DNA of 64,000 nucleotides, from NCBI GenBank assembly GCA_965644495.1, contig CBFFSA010000001.1, forward strand, positions 3,658,001 through 3,722,000, written 5' to 3'. Made by a program: the position numbers and the translations under genes. The notes below the pieces were generated by a model. The model saw only the letters and a list, made by a program, of their open reading frames with translations, had not been told where the DNA came from and did not search any database. The stretch's first letter is position 1, and every line of letters starts with the position of its first letter. This DNA is from Perkinsela sp. CCAP 1560/9 (lineage: Eukaryota; Protista; Euglenozoa: Kinetoplastea). Of this stretch, positions 1 through 10,464 are shown piece by piece.

Positions 1-2073
1 GAAGCCTTTAGTCGAGAGGCACTGAAAGCTGTGTCATCCGCTATTCCCCATATGGGAACTACGGAGCTCTCCACTACGGCAAATAGTATCTCCCGTATTT
101 CGATACCCGAAGCTTGTGACGTGGAACTGTGGAAGAGAATCGAGGACCACGCATGTAAACTAAAAGGAAAGCTTACGGCTACACAAATTGGTGGTCTCAT
201 GTCTGCGTTTGTTCGAGTGCAAATCACTCCGAAGCGATTTTTTAGCGAAATAGTAGACCCACTGGTCACGAGACACGCCATGAGTTTAAGTGCACATGAG
301 CTTTGTGAAATTCTTGGAGCCTACGCAAAACGCAATTTTGAAGAGGATACCGTTTTTGCGTCCTTAGCGGATCGTGTCTGCCAAGTGGCTCCTCAGTGCA
401 CCACACATGAGCTCTCCACGATACTCCACAGCTTTGCGAAGTTTGGCATTCGGAACGAGACTGTGTTTTACGACTTCCTACCCCACGTACTGCGGCACGC
501 ACCAAAAATGAAGTCTGCGGAACTCTCTACCGTCATTGTCGCATATGCTCGAATTGGAGTGTGGAATTTACGTGTGTTTACAGCCCTAAGCGAGCGAATG
601 AAGGAAATCCTTGAGGAGTGCAGCACGCAGGACATTGCCAGCGTTCTCAACGCCTTCGCCAACATGGATATGAAGGACGAGGCGTTCTTTCGGGCATGCG
701 GCGATCGTGTGGTGCAGCTCTCGACTCAGTGTACTCCACGTGAGATGGTGAGTATTCTCCATGCCTTTCACGAGGTCGATTTCGAACATGATGCACTGTT
801 GAATGAGTTTCTCACCCGGCTCTCTGCGGAGAACGTGGCACAAAGCCTCTCCATCGGGGACTGCATCTTCATAGCGACCAGCATGCCACGGATTCGTCGC
901 AACGTGGACGAACGCCTGGCGACTATTTACGACGCCCTCGCACGACGTTTCACCCGAGAGGCCTCACTCCTTCTCCCCACCGCCCTGGCCAGTATCCTCC
1001 ACGCATTCTACCGCAAACGGATCACCGTCCCCTCCGCCGGAGCCATGTTCGAAGCCCTCACCCTCCGTGCCGCCGCGGACGTCGAGAACTACCAAATCCG
1101 CAACCTTGCCATTCTCCTCGGGGCCGTCACCAAAAGCGAGAACGCGTCTCACGTCCCCCTTGCGGCCTTTGTCCCTCGTCTGCTCCAACTCATCCCCCAG
1201 TGCAACGCGCATAACCTTATGACCGTCTCCACCGCGTTCGCGTCGGAATCCGAATCCCTCATCCGTTCCCGAGCCGATACCCCAGACCACAGGGAGGAGA
1301 ATCCGCATCGTTGCTCTCCTGGAACGGCCACAAATGAAGGCGAGGGGTGGGGAGAAGGAGATGGAGGAGCTGGTGGTGTTGGCGTAGAGAGCCACGAGGA
1401 CGTCCCCTCCCCCCTCGACCCCGAGTCCTCCGAACAGGTCCTCGACGCCCTCCTGGCCCGCACCCTCCACCTCCTCCCCTCCCTACGCTCCTACGAGCTC
1501 GCCTGGACCCTACGCAACCTCACCCTGCTCTCCGCCGCCTCCGGGTCCCTCGAGACCGACCGCGACACGCTGCTCCGGGTCCTCGACAAGGTCAAGGCGC
1601 TCCACCCCCACCTCGGGGGCCGGGACTGCGGGAATCTGCTGCGGGTGTGCGCGCTGCTCGGGGTGGACCCCGGGGAGGAGGTGGTGGAGCTGGTGGTGGG
1701 GCGCGCGGTGGTGACCCTGACCCAGACCCCGCCGCGGGGGGTCGCGGAGACCCTGGACGCGCTGCGGGTGATGGGGAAGGTGGTGCCGGAGTACTTGGGG
1801 CGGGTGGTGGGGGAGTACCGGCGCACGAGGGGGTTTGAGGGGCAGAGGGGGGAGGTGAGGAGGGTGGTGGAGGAGGCGCTGGGGTATTTTGGGGTGGACT
1901 TGGGGGTGGGGGGGAAGGGGGGGGAAAAGGGAGAAGGGGAAAAGGGAGAGGAGGAAAAGGGAGAGAAAAGGGGGGGGGAGGGGATAGGGGGAGGAGGGGG
2001 AATTTTCACATCCATGGAGAGTGGGAAGGAGGATAGTGTGGTGGATAAGGTTGCAGAAAGGGTTGTGGAGTGA
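1..2073 (+). CDS. Helical-repeat (HPR/OPR/RESC-like) RNA-binding protein, probably mitochondrial; 5' end lies outside the window
   Basis: Frame is open from base 1. ~37-aa helical repeats such as 'ELSTILHSFAKFGIRNETVF', 'ELSTVIVAYARIGVWNLRVF', 'DIASVLNAFANMDMKDEAFF'. Confidence 0.6.
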   Translation, partial: EAFSREALKAVSSAIPHMGTTELSTTANSISRISIPEACDVELWKRIEDHACKLKGKLTATQIGGLMSAFVRVQITPKRFFSEIVDPLVTRHAMSLSAHELCEILGAYAKRNFEEDTVFASLADRVCQVAPQCTTHELSTILHSFAKFGIRNETVFYDFLPHVLRHAPKMKSAELSTVIVAYARIGVWNLRVFTALSERMKEILEECSTQDIASVLNAFANMDMKDEAFFRACGDRVVQLSTQCTPREMVSILHAFHEVDFEHDALLNEFLTRLSAENVAQSLSIGDCIFIATSMPRIRRNVDERLATIYDALARRFTREASLLLPTALASILHAFYRKRITVPSAGAMFEALTLRAAADVENYQIRNLAILLGAVTKSENASHVPLAAFVPRLLQLIPQCNAHNLMTVSTAFASESESLIRSRADTPDHREENPHRCSPGTATNEGEGWGEGDGGAGGVGVESHEDVPSPLDPESSEQVLDALLARTLHLLPSLRSYELAWTLRNLTLLSAASGSLETDRDTLLRVLDKVKALHPHLGGRDCGNLLRVCALLGVDPGEEVVELVVGRAVVTLTQTPPRGVAETLDALRVMGKVVPEYLGRVVGEYRRTRGFEGQRGEVRRVVEEALGYFGVDLGVGGKGGEKGEGEKGEEEKGEKRGGEGIGGGGGIFTSMESGKEDSVVDKVAERVVE

Positions 2074-2365
2074 ATAGATAAGAGTCGGTATGAGAAAAAT
2101 AGGAATTAGGTAACCCATCACATTATACTATGTATGTAGTCTTGTGGTTGTTTTGCTATAACTGCGTTAGTTTCACCCTCTTACGCTTGCCCTTATCGCA
2201 CTATTGTGCTTTTGTAAAGTTTTGGCGAAACAACTTAAACGGCTATGATCTGTTACTTTATTTCAGAATCTCTTGAATCAGTTTAGAATCACCCTTTTTT
2301 TCTTCTCACTCTTTCACGTTTTCTCCTTTCTCACTTTTTCTTTCTTTTTTAAAACAACCAATTCT

Positions 2366-3007
2366 ATGGATCCTTCTCACCGGGGATTACTCTACTTCAG
2401 TGCCATACCCGCAGGCGTCACCCCACATGCTCTTGAATTGTTTCTCAACACGGAGTTCGGTGAGGTCGGGCGGCTCCGCCTTACCCCTGCCAACGAGGGC
2501 TCCCACACCCGGCGCAGTGCTCGGCAGCGTTCCTACAAACTCTACACTGAGGGCTATGTGGAGTTTATGGAAAAGGCCGACGCCCGGGACACCGCGCACC
2601 GACTAAACATGCAGCCCTGCACCTTTCTGGGCCGGCGCAATCCGAGTTATGGGCACCTGTGGAATGTGCGCTACCTTCCCGGGATGCGTTGGGAGCATCT
2701 TGTGGAGCAAAGGGAGGAGGAACGCCAACGCAGGCAGCGTGCCTCTCGACAAGAGAAGGCGCGACTCCAGAATTTAAACACACAATACTTTAAACAGGTG
2801 ATGGAGGCAATGGGGGAGCAAACCCCTTGTTTGGCGAATACTGAGGAAACTTCGACGACGACGGGCGAAAGGAAAGGTAAGGGCGATTCAGCGGAGGTGA
2901 AATGTAGGAAACGAAAAAAGGTAAGGAAAGGAGTCGAAGACATAAATGAGCTCGCCGCTTTTAAGAATAAGACACCACAAAGAGTATTTCAGGACAATTA
3001 CCTCTAG
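2366..3007 (+). CDS. ESF2: Pre-rRNA processing protein ESF2/ABT1 (RRM)
   Basis: Motifs 'GLLYFSAIP', 'FGEVGRLRL', 'YTEGYVEF', 'LWNVRYLPGMRWEHL' typical of Esf2/ABT1; ATG follows a pyrimidine tract. Confidence 0.85.
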   Translation: MDPSHRGLLYFSAIPAGVTPHALELFLNTEFGEVGRLRLTPANEGSHTRRSARQRSYKLYTEGYVEFMEKADARDTAHRLNMQPCTFLGRRNPSYGHLWNVRYLPGMRWEHLVEQREEERQRRQRASRQEKARLQNLNTQYFKQVMEAMGEQTPCLANTEETSTTTGERKGKGDSAEVKCRKRKKVRKGVEDINELAAFKNKTPQRVFQDNYL

Positions 3008-3093
3008 AGTCGGGATTTTGCCGTAATCCTCCTGATAGTAGGTTCAGTAGAATCTAAATATCATATTCTTGCGTTAAGAGAATACGTTAATAA

Positions 3094-3828
3094 ATGATAA
3101 CTTTCCGTGAGAAAAAAAATCTTTTTGTTGCAATGGAGATGACAATAAGCCATTTTGATGAATTTGGGTACATCATTCCTCTTGAGAAGACAGCGGTAAG
3201 ACTTTATATGAACTTTATTTTATCTTGCATCATACAGTTTTCGAAACTGTTGAAATGTCTACACAGCACTCCGTCCAATAAGAAATTGAATGAGTGTTTC
3301 CTTCTTATCCATACCACATCGAAATCACGCAACATCGGGTCTATCCTTCGTAGTGCATCGGCATTTGGCATCAGGGAAGTTCTTGTTGTGGGCCGCAGAA
3401 AGGAAACAAATTTCTTTGGTGCCCATGGCACCCAACGGCGAGCAAATATATCTTTTTTTCATAATTTGGCAGAAGCAGCTCATTTTTTGCGGGATACACA
3501 CAAATGTCTAATTGTGGGTGTTGAGATAGCTGAAGGGGCAAAATCCTTGAGTGAATGTTCTCCTTTTTACGCGTCAACGTGCTTTATCTTTGGTAATGAA
3601 GGCACGGGTCTCTCTGTTGAAGATCGCTCTATTTGCGATTATTTTCTCTACATTCCTCAGACGGGGGATGGCACTGCCTCATTGAATGTTGCCACAGCAG
3701 CTGGTATCGTGTTATATCATTACAATGTTTTATGGGCACGTCATCCAGAGACCTCACGGAAGGGTGAAAAATATTTGCTAAATCAAGCAGCAGAGGAACC
3801 CATACTGCTAACTGCTAATCCGGATTAG
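3094..3828 (+). CDS. SpoU/TrmH-family RNA 2'-O-methyltransferase (start uncertain)
   Basis: SPOUT motifs 'NIGSILRSASAFG', 'FIFGNEGTGLS', 'IPQTGDGTASLNVATAAGIVLY'. Confidence 0.9.
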   Translation: MITFREKKNLFVAMEMTISHFDEFGYIIPLEKTAVRLYMNFILSCIIQFSKLLKCLHSTPSNKKLNECFLLIHTTSKSRNIGSILRSASAFGIREVLVVGRRKETNFFGAHGTQRRANISFFHNLAEAAHFLRDTHKCLIVGVEIAEGAKSLSECSPFYASTCFIFGNEGTGLSVEDRSICDYFLYIPQTGDGTASLNVATAAGIVLYHYNVLWARHPETSRKGEKYLLNQAAEEPILLTANPD

Positions 3829-3977
3829 CATTTCTATCACGCTTATAGCATGTCGGGGAAGCAGGTCACATCATGTGACTCCCACGTAGAGTTTTCTATA
3901 GCGCTTCCCTTGTTTTAAAACTCGCGAAACAGAATCCGTGATATTTAAGAAGTGGGTAATGGTCAATAGCATTTGTA

Positions 3978-5122
3978 ACCCGGGGAACGGTATATTATTC
4001 AATAACGCTATATTATTCTAATTACACTATATTATTCAAATTAACACTATATTATTCAAATTAACCAGGGGTCCCTAAAAATTTATAGATTTAGTTTATA
4101 GTATTTCAAAAAAAATTATAGTACTATAAATGCCATTTATAGCACTATAAATACTTTAAAGTGTTTGAGAAACTTTATTTTTAAGGGAGGCTAAAAGGGG
4201 TTCAAGAAGCCCAAAATTGTATTGGATGTTGTAAGGGATGATCATCTCGGGGGCCTGGCGTTCGGCTCGCAGTTCCGTGGTTGAAAACCCTTTTCTGAGA
4301 TGGTAGCCTCAGGGAGACTCCATGTTGAGGGTGTCAAAAGCTTTCCGAGAACTAGTTGGTCGGCGTCTGTACCATCAGTGAGATGGCAGTGTCAGGGAAG
4401 ACCACGAGAAGGTCCCGACCTTGCTCCCCATGTTCAGGGTGTCAAAAGCTTAGTAAGTTATTGATCGTACTTTCCCCAGGGACACAGCGCAGTCCCTTCG
4501 TAAGAAGCCACTTAAGGTTTAGGTCCTGCAAAGCAGCATTGCTAACCCCATGATTGATTTTCCATAGGAGGTGTCGCTCAAATTCCTGTAATTGTGGTTT
4601 CACGGTGAAGGCATCCAAAGATCCTCGTTCCACACGTTTTTGACGCTGAGTGCTCCGCATCCACTCCTCAAAATTTAGGTCATGACTTTTAGTTCAAGTG
4701 CGTGAGGGCCGAGGAGTAGGAGACTCGAATCCCCTTTTAGCAAAAAAAAGGTTTCTTCGCGCCTGCTTCGCAGACTTGGCATTCGAAATTATGCGTCAAC
4801 AATTTTAACAAAGTGTGAAACAACAAACTCCGCCTGGCTTTCGTCGTTCCGTCGCATATTTGGCATTTCTGAGAAACAAAAAAACTAAAATTTAATATAC
4901 CAGTTTTTATGTATAGTATTTAAAAGTTTATAGTACTATAAAAGTACTATAATAAAGGTTTTAAAGCTTTAGGGACCCCTGAAATTAACACTATATTATT
5001 CAAATAACGATATATTATTCAAATAACGCTATATTATTCAAATAGAGCCGCATAACACTGTATTATTCAAATAACACTATATTATTCAAATTCCGATTTG
5101 AATAATATACCGTTCCCCGGGT
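3978..5122. mobile_element. TA-flanked MITE with 25-bp TIRs and an internal ~19-20-bp tandem array, interrupted by a nested hAT-like element
   Basis: TIR acccggggaacggtatattattcaa at 3978, inverse ends at 5122; TA at 3976-77 and 5123-24; repeats of 'taacactatattattcaaa' at 4001-4065 and 4982-5090. Confidence 0.85.
4066..4981. mobile_element. Non-autonomous hAT-like element
   Basis: 14-bp TIR caggggtccctaaa / tttagggacccctg; exact 8-bp target duplication aaattaac (4058-4065, 4982-4989); short minus-strand ORF remnant at 4442-4660. Confidence 0.8.
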
Positions 5123-5275
5123 TATATTGCGGTGTTTTTCATGCGTTTTTTCTATTTTGTATCTTTTTATCAGTAACATAGTCACAGCATCTATCTATAG
5201 TACCGGTACGTACAGATCTACGTGGTATTTTTAAGTAAAACTTAAACAAGATGAAAACATAAACAAGAATCCACC

Positions 5276-6175
5276 ATGAAAGAACAGAAAAGGAAGCGTT
5301 TTGGGTCCGTTCAAAACCGGACGACATCGTTCAAGTTACAGGGCGCAGAAAAGGTTAAATGCTCAACACTTCATCATACAGAAAAGCAGAGCAATCCAAC
5401 TATTACGTGCAGTACCATTGCAACCTGTGCTGAGCAAGAAGTTCGGCGGAAATATCAACAAATGTTAAATATTTTGCGGCAACAGCATGGGACAGAAAAC
5501 TCATTCAATTTGCTAACAAATCCCTTGAATCAGGAGTCCAGGAAAAGTCCCTTGCTACTTATTACTGGACTTCCTTGGTACGTCTCTGAAAGGAAAGTCG
5601 TGTACGAATTAAGTATTCATTGCAAACCGCTCAAGTTATATTTTTATTGTGAAAGCAGCAGTGGCGTTTCTCTTGGATGCGTTTTAGTTGCATGTGCAGA
5701 GCCAGAAGTTCTATACAATGTGTACTCAATTATGAAGTGTAATTTCGAAGCTCCTACTTCCATCCATATTTTATATCTCCCATCAGATAGCTATAATTCC
5801 AGCAAGAAGAATGTTGCAAACAAGTTGAATGATAATCATGAATCCAATACACACATATCTACGAGTGAGGTGTGCACCTCGTTGGGCCCAACCTTGCTTC
5901 CACCATCAGAACTGCTGGAGAACACTGTTCCTCTCACAAAAGTAGGTGAAGCAGAGCGGAATGACTACGAAGGTAATGATTCACAAAGATCAAGCTCAGT
6001 TTTATTCCCGCCAAGTCAATTGACTCGTATAGAGTGTGGCGGAATGGGAATAAAAGGGTGGGAATTTCGAACGCCATGCCCTTCTATTCCGAACACAGCA
6101 CATTCTACAGGGTATCGTTCTCTTCAAACTTTGCAAAGAAGAATTTTAGTATGGAATGAAAGGACACCACAATGA
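5276..6175 (+). CDS. RRM protein, possibly a divergent CFIm68/CPSF6-like cleavage factor
   Basis: 'LLITGLPWYVSE...LYFYCESSSGVSLGCVLV' resembles the CFIm59/68 RRM pattern; the rest is low-complexity. Confidence 0.45.
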   Translation: MKEQKRKRFGSVQNRTTSFKLQGAEKVKCSTLHHTEKQSNPTITCSTIATCAEQEVRRKYQQMLNILRQQHGTENSFNLLTNPLNQESRKSPLLLITGLPWYVSERKVVYELSIHCKPLKLYFYCESSSGVSLGCVLVACAEPEVLYNVYSIMKCNFEAPTSIHILYLPSDSYNSSKKNVANKLNDNHESNTHISTSEVCTSLGPTLLPPSELLENTVPLTKVGEAERNDYEGNDSQRSSSVLFPPSQLTRIECGGMGIKGWEFRTPCPSIPNTAHSTGYRSLQTLQRRILVWNERTPQ

Positions 6176-6433
6176 AATTCTGTTCTTTTTAAACTTTGGA
6201 TATAAGATTTTTCGTAGTTTGGAGTCTTAGTCTATTCCCTGGAGATCGGCAAACTTTCGAAATCCCTGTACAAGTGTGGGAGGTAGGGATATTCGTATAA
6301 TTTCGTAAGTACACGTCTTAAAATGAGTATAGTATAATATTATTTATATTGAAAAAACTGTAGTGTTGTACACTAAAGAAAGGAACACTTTCTTATTTAA
6401 ATGGCACCTACATGACACACGGACGTCTGTTCA

Positions 6434-8863
6434 ATGAGTTTTAGATTTATTGCGTTTCGCGGTCTTCGCACGGATACAGCAACGAAGCCTCCACTCAACA
6501 TTGATAGCATTCTTCGGCGTTGTTCCGAAATACAAACCTCGGATCAAGCAGTTTCGATGCTCCAACTCTATATGAGCGGCAACGGGTCAAATGGGGACGT
6601 GTTAAAGAAAAAGAAGACGATCTTTACGATTGTACAACGTCTCCCTGTCTCTGCACGTGGAGATTTGTTGGCTTCATATCTTACTCAACTTGGTTTGGTC
6701 CAACACGATGTCTTTTGCTCCCTTGAATGTCACGTGGGCCCCCTGGCTTTGATAGCTCAGATACGCATTTGTCAGGATGTCGAAGATCTCAAAATATTAT
6801 GGAATCGTCTGTGTGCGTTTCTTCGAAAACAAGAATCACCAAAAGTATTGGACCATTTACACCACAATGTACGTAATAAAAGCACATTCTATTTCCTCTC
6901 CGATGAGAAAAAATCGCTTTCACACAGCTCAACGAACATCGAAAGCTCCGGGTTTTCTTCCGTCAAAACGGAATCTGTTGTCGAAGCCTTCAGTCATATT
7001 TTTGATATAGTTCTACGTCAACATCAACATGATCTTTCTTTGGAGTTGATTGACGATTTTTATAATCTATTTTGTACTAGGCTTTCTGAAATCTCTCTGC
7101 AAAATCTTGTTACGTCCTTCACAGAGCACGTAGTTTACGACATGATGACTGAAGGAATTTCACCCCAAAAGGTGGAATATGTTGCACGCCGCATTCTGCC
7201 ATCCTCCAAGAACAGTTCTGACATCCCAGGGAAACAGCCGAAATATTTACAGGACGACAATGTGAAAACGACGAATTCACATGAGCGTATATCAGGCATC
7301 GAAAATAATGAGAATATGCTTCGACCTAGAACTCTTTCAATGTTCTTTCTTTTGCAAGGGTACACTAATCAAATAGACCGACTTGAAGAACTTTGGGATC
7401 TGTGCCGTCTCCGAGGTCTTTTGCTACCGACAAAACCGGTTTGCCTTTCCATTGTAAATGGTTGTCGTTTTCTTCTTGGGGGCTATTCACTGAATGCGGA
7501 GATAAGAGATCAGTCGCGTATCCCCCGTGTGATGGATATACTCCACGATTTGTACCAAATATTACGTTCTTCTGAGCAGAACCGTTTGGATTCAAAGGAT
7601 TTCGATGAATTCTTGTGCTCCCTTATAGACGCTTTAAGCGATATTCAAGAATTTTCTGTTAAATTAAAAAGAGTTGCATATAGAGATTCAAAAAAGGTTG
7701 CACCTTTAGTCAATTTAGAGCAGAACTATAGCACCGCAATAAACTTTCTGTCCGAAATATTTCTTGACAACGAGTTTGTACGCCGTCTTTCTCGCGAATA
7801 TTATCTACGATTGCTACGAACTCTGGGGATTTCTGATTACGACAAATGGGCTTTACGCATTCTCGAAGAGATACGTCGACAAGGATACGTATTTAGCACA
7901 GTAAAGGAACGTGGGTGGCTCTTGCAGGCATTGCAATGGCGTTCCATTCCTTCCAAAAAGCTGAACCCTTCCGCGGTGCAGGCGAAGTCAATTGCTCTGC
8001 CTTCAAAATTGCCTGCAAGCTCTACGTACACTTCTATAAGACTTCCTGTGATACCTTCATTTACGTGTATTGACGGAATTCTGCTTGATCAGGAGGCCCC
8101 ATGCCGAAATGCCAGACGTCCGTACACTTCGGAGGACCCTTTCCGCTCTACCTCCGGGGTAGACAAAGATGACTTGAGACTTACAACGTTACTAGCGCAA
8201 TATTACTTGCGCGCCGCAATACGATGCGGCCTGTGGTACGGAATACGCGCGCAAAAGCAAATTGGCAACGCTACATGTACATCTTTAGAGGGCCACATTC
8301 GTACTCTTTTGCTAGAAATGCGAAACACACATCCCTACCTCACCACCCGCATGCTTCGGCAATTGCGAATGAATTGCGATAAATTACAGTCCAGTACGGA
8401 TCCCACTGAGAAGGGCTGGACTCCTTTCTCAGTGTTTGCGAAGTGGAAGCATGAACTCGAAAAGCAATTAATAGCAGACTCTTCTATCCAAAAAACTACG
8501 GAAACACCGGAACTGGTCGACAGTTGCACTACACTGACGCTCAGTGATAAGATCTTGAGTCATAAACAGAATAGTGGAAATATGTCGCCGACAAACGCGT
8601 TGTTGATGTCATTCGGAGATGAAATTGTCTTGTGCTCTCTTTGGGCTTCTAGGCAGCTTGACGCTTCTCGTAGCATGGCACAACACTTTGCCAAGAAGAC
8701 TGTTTCTCCGTCAAAGATGCCAAATAAGATAATTTTAGAATCAGAACCGAACAAATTCGACCAGCTTTTGCTCCATTGTTTAAGAAAGCAAACGGAAGAT
8801 TTGCTATTTATTTGGAGTTCCAAAGTTCTTAACGGTTTCTTACGAGACGAAAATTTTAAATAA
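6434..8863 (+). CDS. Hypothetical 809-aa protein with possible mitochondrial presequence
   Basis: Long ORF co-oriented with neighbours; N-terminus MSFRFIAFRGLR; no recognisable domain. Confidence 0.65.
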   Translation: MSFRFIAFRGLRTDTATKPPLNIDSILRRCSEIQTSDQAVSMLQLYMSGNGSNGDVLKKKKTIFTIVQRLPVSARGDLLASYLTQLGLVQHDVFCSLECHVGPLALIAQIRICQDVEDLKILWNRLCAFLRKQESPKVLDHLHHNVRNKSTFYFLSDEKKSLSHSSTNIESSGFSSVKTESVVEAFSHIFDIVLRQHQHDLSLELIDDFYNLFCTRLSEISLQNLVTSFTEHVVYDMMTEGISPQKVEYVARRILPSSKNSSDIPGKQPKYLQDDNVKTTNSHERISGIENNENMLRPRTLSMFFLLQGYTNQIDRLEELWDLCRLRGLLLPTKPVCLSIVNGCRFLLGGYSLNAEIRDQSRIPRVMDILHDLYQILRSSEQNRLDSKDFDEFLCSLIDALSDIQEFSVKLKRVAYRDSKKVAPLVNLEQNYSTAINFLSEIFLDNEFVRRLSREYYLRLLRTLGISDYDKWALRILEEIRRQGYVFSTVKERGWLLQALQWRSIPSKKLNPSAVQAKSIALPSKLPASSTYTSIRLPVIPSFTCIDGILLDQEAPCRNARRPYTSEDPFRSTSGVDKDDLRLTTLLAQYYLRAAIRCGLWYGIRAQKQIGNATCTSLEGHIRTLLLEMRNTHPYLTTRMLRQLRMNCDKLQSSTDPTEKGWTPFSVFAKWKHELEKQLIADSSIQKTTETPELVDSCTTLTLSDKILSHKQNSGNMSPTNALLMSFGDEIVLCSLWASRQLDASRSMAQHFAKKTVSPSKMPNKIILESEPNKFDQLLLHCLRKQTEDLLFIWSSKVLNGFLRDENFK

Positions 8864-9461
8864 TTATTTTATTAACAAATATTTTAAGCGTTCTGCTGCC
8901 TTGTTTCTACAAATATTTTTGAAACATTAATTCGCACCTCTAGGTCCAAAGGACACTTTGGAGTGAAACCTAAAGTTTTATTCCACCCACTATCTTAGCT
9001 TTGCTAGGGACTCTTGCCGCGTAACTTTTTGTCCTCACTCTAAGCGTTGCTTTCTACCAAAACCGGGCAACGCTAGGATACGGGGGGTAAATCTAAGATT
9101 GGTAGGGAAGGTGTCCAGAAAACATGTGGAGGACAGTAACAGATGCCTATGTCACTTTCTCACAGCTATGGCGCCATTCGATTCGACGGCTATTGTGCCG
9201 TTCAAAGACGCAATGCGCAGATACTGCATGCTGCAAAATGAAACTGGTCAGTCTACGACGTGCAAACGGGTGTAATCAATTTTGGAATGTAATAATCTTA
9301 ATAGCGATACAGTGTTCCCTAGTTTTGATTTCATCATGCAATTGTTGTAAAGCAATTAAGGAACAATTAAGGGGGTTTACATAACGTCATCTGCATTGAC
9401 GTTCTTCCATCAAAACGGAAAAGCAAAACTATTTTTTACGTTACCTTTCTTCTTAATCCGA

Positions 9462-10100
9462 ATGCACATTTTTTGTCCCACTTGCCGAGTGTACAAAGCT
9501 CATGGCGCTGACGAGAGCTCTACTTCACCTTTGATCCGACCGGGACGTATTCGTGGAGCCGCCCTACCGGCGCAATATGCCTTGCACCTGTTCATCCGGA
9601 ACATCTCCAACCCCCATCCCACGTGGAGGGCCGATGCTCCGCCTTCATCGTGGCACGGAGTCGAAGTCGACTTTAACACAGAATCTGTACGTAGCCTCAC
9701 TTGGATCAATTTAGGCTTACAGGGAATGCTTCCCTGGTGTGACTGCCCACCCGCACTGGAAAAGTTGAATTTTTGTCGCAATGAGCTCAGCGGCTCCGTT
9801 GATTTTGCTGAACTTCCCGCCAAACTGCGCTTGTTTGCGATTTCGATTAATATGTTTAGCGGGGAGCTCTGTTTTGAGGGAATACCGCCCTCGATAAAGG
9901 TATTACAACTGAGTTCAAACCGGTTTTATGGAAAAGTTGATCTTAGTCCTCTGCTTGGGAGACCGATTCGCCTAGATCTCAGTCAAAATTTTCTTACGGA
10001 TATTTTTCCTAAAGTATCCTTCTCCGGTATAACAATTGGAGTACAATGTAATGAACAGATACATAATTTCTGTTTTTCGGTATCTACTTCTTTTGTATGA
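9462..10100 (+). CDS. Short leucine-rich repeat protein (plant-type 24-aa LRR with LRRNT_2-like cap)
   Basis: Cap 'W..APPSSWHGVEV'; repeats 'NELSGSVDFAELPAKLRLFAISINMFSG'. Confidence 0.85.
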   Translation: MHIFCPTCRVYKAHGADESSTSPLIRPGRIRGAALPAQYALHLFIRNISNPHPTWRADAPPSSWHGVEVDFNTESVRSLTWINLGLQGMLPWCDCPPALEKLNFCRNELSGSVDFAELPAKLRLFAISINMFSGELCFEGIPPSIKVLQLSSNRFYGKVDLSPLLGRPIRLDLSQNFLTDIFPKVSFSGITIGVQCNEQIHNFCFSVSTSFV

Positions 10101-10464
10101 TATACATACTATACTGCTTCTGTATGACTTTGGGAATTACCAGAAGAAAAGGATCACTGAAATTGAGTGACTGAACCCTATATACATGTATGCACTGAAA
10201 ATGGCCGTCTATCCTCCTGAATGCAGTCACACTATTTAGCAGTATTGTTTCCATAATTTTAATTAAGAAGGGAGGCAACTGGCTAATCTGCCGTATTCTT
10301 CCATATTCTGCCGATCGCTGTCCTATTCGGCCTCAGAGGTCAAAAAAATTTATCGAATCCAAAAACCTTTTTGCGGTTCACTTTCGAATTCTGCCATATT
10401 CTGTCAATCACCACAGACGCGTTGCCCCCCCTCTAAGTTCCGCACTGTACGTGTATCTAATTTA

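Noticed and set aside
1347-2121. Long overlapping and antisense ORFs in GC-skewed zones (also 16684-17683, 54490-55657, 59243-60034)
   Set aside because: They result from stop-codon depletion in C/G-rich coding DNA; the translations are low-complexity and overlap well-supported genes.
8951-9116. Possible small MITE with ggacac/gtgtcc ends
   Set aside because: The inverted match is too short and there is no target-site duplication.
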